A stretch of DNA of 44,027 nucleotides, the filler included, from Catajapyx aquilonaris (lineage: Eukaryota), in the NCBI GenBank assembly GCA_000934665.2. It is 2 parts of 2 records of this genome, joined end to end, with 100 filler letters (N's around TTAATTAATTAA, not from the genome) between each part and the next. Parts side by side here need not be neighbours in the genome. Positions count along the whole stretch, not along the records: positions 22,138 to 44,027 come from KZ539447.1; 1 more part is not named here. The stretch is one strand, 5' to 3'. Under the pieces are notes generated by a model. It saw only the letters and a list, made by a program, of their open reading frames with translations. It ran no database searches and was not told the DNA's origin. The position numbers and the translations under genes were made by a program. This document shows positions 38,278-44,027 of this stretch, one piece after another. The first letter of the stretch is position 1; each line of letters opens with the position of its first letter.

Positions 38278-38446
38278 CGAGGTTAATGCACCAGGGACGA
38301 GTTGCTGATGCCGCACAGGGCATCATATTAGTTAAGGTTTTCAGCTATAGATAGAAAAGGTATGCAGACTCGAAAGTTTTTTTTTATGAATGTCAGAAGC
38401 AAACAATAGAATCCTTCGTAGCCCGCGTTGTGGTGCATTAACCTCG
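38278..38446. repeat. Perfect 16-bp inverted repeat pair (possible small MITE)
   Basis: CGAGGTTAATGCACCA at 38278-38293 and TGGTGCATTAACCTCG at 38431-38446. Confidence 0.5.
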
Positions 38447-41400
38447 CCGATAATGCGGAGTAAGCATTTATTGACCAAACAGTTCGAGTGACGTCTTCAA
38501 TGTAGCCGAAAATGCTGTTGTAATAATAGAACAGAGTATTTCTGCGCATTTGATTTTAAAGCTTCTGTGCCTAATTAGAAACAAATAGAGACTAGTAGTA
38601 GACAAGTGGCTGAAACATATATATATATATAGTTTTTACTGATGTATCGGTACAATTATTGAAGATAAACTAGAAGGTGACAACATCAGTTGTTCGTAGA
38701 AAAGTCACTAATTTTTATATAGATTGCATCTAAGTTCTCCTCACATTTTCATGCTAGTTAGTGACTAACCGATGTTTTCATGGTTAGTTCTAAACCGCTA
38801 CTTGATGGCACCACCACGAGACGTGTGAGTGAGTGTGCATAAATAAAAGTTTGATGGTCTGGTACGATCATTATTCTCCCACATGGCACATTTGGGTGTT
38901 ACGGCAATGCTGCTTTGTGACATCTAATCTGAAATTGCCACGCAGAGTGAAGGTACGCATTGATAATTAAACGCTTACCTTGCTGACCTATTTTGGTGAA
39001 TCCTTCCAAACCTCTGCTAACCAAATTTTAACTGTTAACAATTAAAGTGATGTACTTGTCGGATTATCATAATGTGTGTTTAAAGCGCTGCAATTTTTAT
39101 TGCGGTTTTTATATACGCTAATATATGGGTGAAAATAGTTCAACTGTGTGTGAGCATGTTATTATAATACTAAATTCGATTAATTTTATAATTTCATTTT
39201 TTCAAGTTGCATATATAAGTAATGGATACAGTGGATAACAGAACTGTACATGCTATTGCATATTCGGAACAACGAACTGGCCATGTAGATTGAATCCACC
39301 TCTGCATGGCTGTCGGCTTCCTCCACGTGACTTGTATAGCCTGAGAAAAAATCAAGTTTTACCACCAGGCAAAATGCGAATGATAAAGCCAATTCAAACT
39401 TTACGGATGCAGGGTCAAACTCCTTCTCTGACCCCAGCTCTCGGGGTAATAACACGGTGCATATCATTATCGTGCGAACTGGCCACTTTCATTAGCCGGA
39501 TGAGGTGAAAGGTCAGGTGTTGACCGTGGCGTGTATAAAGTCGTCCACAAACGATGGATGGAATATTAGAAGGTTGTTAAGTGCAGCAGAAAGTGATGGG
39601 ACACATAATATGATAGGAGTACATACGTAACGCGGTGTTTCATGAAAATCCAAGTTTATAAGGACAGATTTATTGGCACCAGGGGGGCACTTTATGTACA
39701 TAGACATCATTTGGACTTGGCAGCCTCGTTACTCACGTAATGGGCTTTAAACGCAAGGTGTAAAAATGGACATATCCTGACAGATATGCAGACCTCCATG
39801 ATACTTACTCTCCAATTTGAAATTAAGTTCTAAATGCATTGAATGTTATTTTAAATTCGAGTAATATGCGTATTATTTACCATGCAATATTACTTTCAAC
39901 TACAATCTTGTTAGGTAGTCTATACTAGGCAGCAGTCAAGGTGGTAAAATTTAGCAGGCTGTGCATATATGAGATGAAAATGTATCATTTGATTAATTCT
40001 AATTATTTCAGACATAGGCTATACCGGGCTATAATTAATGACACTTGTACGCAAAATAATCCTGTGGAACTGGGGAGTTCATCCTGCTGAAGTTATTTTT
40101 CTAGCATCATTGCGAAATCCTATGCATTGGCTGTGCATTGGTCCTTCCTCCTATCTCCTTTTCGTTATGAGAATTCCATACCTTCAGTCCCGGGTAGCAA
40201 TCTTTGCCGATATTATTTACATTTTTATTGTCAGGCCCGAATATTGCAGGTTACACTCTCATTGAGTTTCCACTTCCATTATAAGTGGAAAAATAATCAG
40301 TTTTTTCTCTTATATAATAAATACAAAAAAACGTGGATACTGAACGAGAGTTCACTGTAATGCAATATGAATCACTTCAATTACTGAACGTGCAAAAAAT
40401 TGACAGATCAAGATTGGGTTAAAAAGACTTCCAGTTGTCATTTGCATACGCCGCCAGCTATACGCTGTGCAGAAGTACATTACGCCAATGTTGTAAACAG
40501 AATGGAAAGGCATTTAAAGCAGCTCTCTGCATTCCAGCAAAATCCCACTTCGCGTCAAATTCGCATCGTACGTAAAACCCACGGACCTTTGCTGGTGGGC
40601 CGAGGCATGCTGAGCAACCAGCGAAGAATGCTTGATACGGTGTCAGCACGTGCCGTCATGTGTATCGCTTTTATGCCTGGTCGAAGGAATGATCCAATCG
40701 GAAATTCGCTTCGAGGAAGACAGCATATGGGACAGCTATATAGTCATTCATGTCATTCAGTGGACGACACGCTTCCACAGAAAATTGTGCACGTTACATT
40801 AACCATGCCTTTGCAAGCCACGGTCGCTATCAGTATATCGTGAGAATAAACATGTTAAACGTATGCTCATCGTTGCATGTCATCGTGAATTTAAAAAAAA
40901 ATCCTATCTAATAATTAGGGGTATAATAATGCAGCTTACTCTGATCACGCGGTTTTGGCAAATGTTTACAAACAACAAATGGCTTGTTTGGTAATAAATA
41001 AACGCCCTGCAATGTAACCCACTGTAGCAGAGCTGCTGGATGGCTGGCTGGCGCGATGTGCGACCTTTTGGATAATTTATCAGCCTTCTCGTAATTACAC
41101 TGCCTGGATACATTAAAGGTGGCGAGAAACAAAAGGGGCATGTGGAAATGGCACAGTGTGCGACTTCCAATGAAATTTAAAAGTCGCGTAATCCGAGAGA
41201 ACCGGGTACAACTAGAGTTCTAATTGAGTTGCCACAGTGCTTGAGACAGGTCAAAACCAAGTCTTCCTGCCCTTTGGGATCTCGAAAGTTGCCGACAGCT
41301 AGGACGAGCTGAGCCTAAATAGGATGCAATTACCCAGTTTCATACTGTATTGAGACCAGTAGGGATATATTCAATGGGGGAGTTATTTTCTAGATGGTTT

Positions 41401-44027
41401 AATTTAATTAACGATCTTAATCTCTCTGCATGCCTGCCCCGGATTTCAATGTACCAAATCCTTGCAGCCTATATACTAACGCTCATAATTATGCACCTAA
41501 TGTTGCTAGGCAACTCAGGTACTGTATATATGGACGATTTACACGGAACCGAGGTCAGGGAGGGAGGGTTTCATAGCATATGCTAGTGCCTTCAATTTTT
41601 TCACAGGCTAAACCGTAAATTATGGTACTGCTCAACATTGAAATCATGGATAACAGCGGATGATTTGATCACAATATCAACCGAAGAGCTGGTGGCTAGC
41701 TGGTTTTCATCAAGTGCCGGGAAGTTAGAACCAGTTACCCATTATCTCAGGTGGCTGTGTGCCGGATAATCTTACGTACACATTGTCTAGGCGACGCTTA
41801 CGTCACAAGCTGTGTTTTCTATGTTAAAACATACGTTTCCTAGGATACAAGTCGGAGAAAAAAACTGAAATAGATGTCTCAAAACTTCTTTTTTTTCTTA
41901 GTAATTCGCCCACAATCCCCCCCACCCCTTCTTCCGGAACTGGTATCGATCCAATAGCATGATGGGTAAAACGTAAAAGTCTACAAAGAAATCTGCTCTT
42001 CACATCACTCTATAGTATCCGGAGCCAGAAAGATAAAATCAGAATTTATAGTCCTAATTAGCCGTATGCAGACACCACTTTTCGGATGTGATGGTATCGA
42101 TTTAGGAAATACTGGAGGCCAACTGGACATGTCATTAGAGGTTCGTTAGTGGCCCCTAAATAACTCCAATGCACCGAGTGGTCCACTTTGCTCAAATTGA
42201 GACTGGCGTGGATAGTCTACAAATAAATTTTGGTTTCATTTGACAGGACAACAGGGACCGAAATTTAAATAATAATGCATCGAAGGATTTTAATATGGCA
42301 TACGAATTTCGGTGGGAATATNCGAGATATGAACCGACGAGTGGCATGCTGTTTCGCGATCGCGTCATTTTTGTCAGCGCTGTACCGCGTGACCTTGGAA
42401 TTTGGGGGGAATAAAAAAATTCAAACTGTTTCTTACTCGGCATCATTAAGCCAAGCTCCAATTTTCGTTCACATCCCAGGATAGAGGGTGACATCGACTA
42501 CCTGAACTGTCCTGGAATTACCCGCTTGGGAAACGGTATCGCTACACCTGGGTGCGAGCCAAACCTGCTGAAATTCATACCGGATGGCAAATGGGGAGGA
42601 CTTCAGCGATCGTTATTCCCCCGACTGAGAGAGATAGTTGGAGTCGGAAGAGAGATTGAAATGGCCTGGGCTTGGAAAGGTAGAAAAAGGCTGCTTCCAT
42701 ATGGACAGAATGCGACTGTAACTCATTTCCATACATATATATTTTGTATTATGTCATGCATACCTCATTTTTTTGTGGGGATGTATATCTGGGACAGGAG
42801 GATCGATGAGCGAATTGTTGCTCCACTACCTGTGCTCCTCGGGACACACTTTGATGAAGCTCTCGGGTACGGTTATTTTGTGCACTGTTGCGCACTAATT
42901 CGGGTAGTGCCGAAGTTAACTAATTCCTACATTTCATAATTAGGGTTAAATATGGCGTTTAGGCCCAAGCGCCGAAGGTGTAATGAGGGATTTTCCGGGA
43001 GAATGCGCGCAGCTAGGAGTAAATTGCATCTTCTATATCTGCCCCCCTCTTATTTCCAAGCTCGCCCTAGGGTCAAATAGCTGAACCTCTCTCTAGAGGC
43101 GTCTACCAATCACGGGTTACTTGCCTCGTGGGTGCCATTTATCTCAGCTGGGTGTGGCCCTGGATCTCAGAGACCACTAGGAGGGGTCAACAGGTGGTTC
43201 GCTCTTATCTTCTTCCTCAGATTCGAATAGGGTTAGAAATATCGGTGTTCCATTATGACAACGTACACTATTGCCATGCGACTCTTGCTGTAATATGACA
43301 TTCAATGGCAGCCATTGAGGCATAGGAGGTGGTTTGGATATAGGCGGGTGGTGTAGAAAATAATGAATTTCATTTGAGAGACATGCTTCCCCAATATATA
43401 ATATTATTTTAAGTAAGGTCCTGCTCCAGAGGGGGTTATTGAATCTCTGTGGCTCAGCTCAATGCTATAGTACAGAATGCTGTTTATGAAGATTTTAATG
43501 AGTATAGTGTCAAGGGCTTTAATGATCACGCCTGTTATACGTATGTCACCTTAATTCACAGGTCACTCTGAAGGTTTCCGCTAATGGACTATGTCATTAC
43601 TGAAAAAAAACTGCCTTGTTCACAGGCAAGCATAATCATCTGAATTACACAGCTGTTATCTCTTCGTAATTGCATTGCACTGCCAATAGTCTGCAAGTGA
43701 CATTGCGCAAATGACTTCAGTACTGTATTATACCGTACTGCTTTACTTTGAATGGGCGAGTGATAGAATTAAATTATGTTTTCATACTCGATAGCAATTA
43801 TACAAAATTTAACCAGTGTCTTGTGGTAAAGCATACGTATATAGGACAATGTCTTGTTTTCGTTGCCAGTAATTATTTTCACCAGCGTTTTTCAGTGTGT
43901 ACTGTACATTTTTTGGACGTTTGAAAACGCACCCAGTCATGTGCTGCGTAAGGATAAATAGAGCATGCTTATAATCGGCACATGCTTCTGGAGTGAGTAT
44001 AAAGGGTGCGCCAGAAGTAGTCTAACA

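Noticed and set aside
40400..40843. 147-aa ORF with faint mariner-like wording (AFQQNPTS), and the 137-aa ORF at 42526
   Set aside because: There are no catalytic motifs or TIRs I can support. They are probably chance ORFs or unrecognisably decayed repeats in the Elk intron.
1..44027. CRISPR array or prokaryotic defence/operon system
   Set aside because: There are no regularly spaced direct repeats, and the gene structure is spliceosomal and eukaryotic.

Overview
Eukaryotic genomic DNA, most likely from an insect, with spliceosomal introns and many SINEs and MITEs. The window is two separate sequences joined by an artificial 100-bp spacer (N44-TTAATTAATTAA-N44, 22038-22137). The left part carries seven minus-strand, phase-consistent exons of a CECR2/dikar-like bromodomain chromatin regulator (4407 nt including the stop; the N-terminal exons are missing). 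Near the window start is a tandem pair of odd tRNA-like genes. One of them folds into a complete cloverleaf with a TTA (ochre-reading) anticodon register, a 64-nt hairpin insert at the canonical intron site, an upstream TATA and a Pol III T-run. The right part carries the last coding exon of kintoun (DNAAF2) and the first coding exon of an Elk/EAG-family K+ channel, followed by a long intron. Three copies of a tRNA-headed SINE and several MITEs show nested insertions, including a possible shared insertion hot spot. No prokaryotic systems such as CRISPR or operons are present. Gene identities come from recalled motif similarity, not from a database search.
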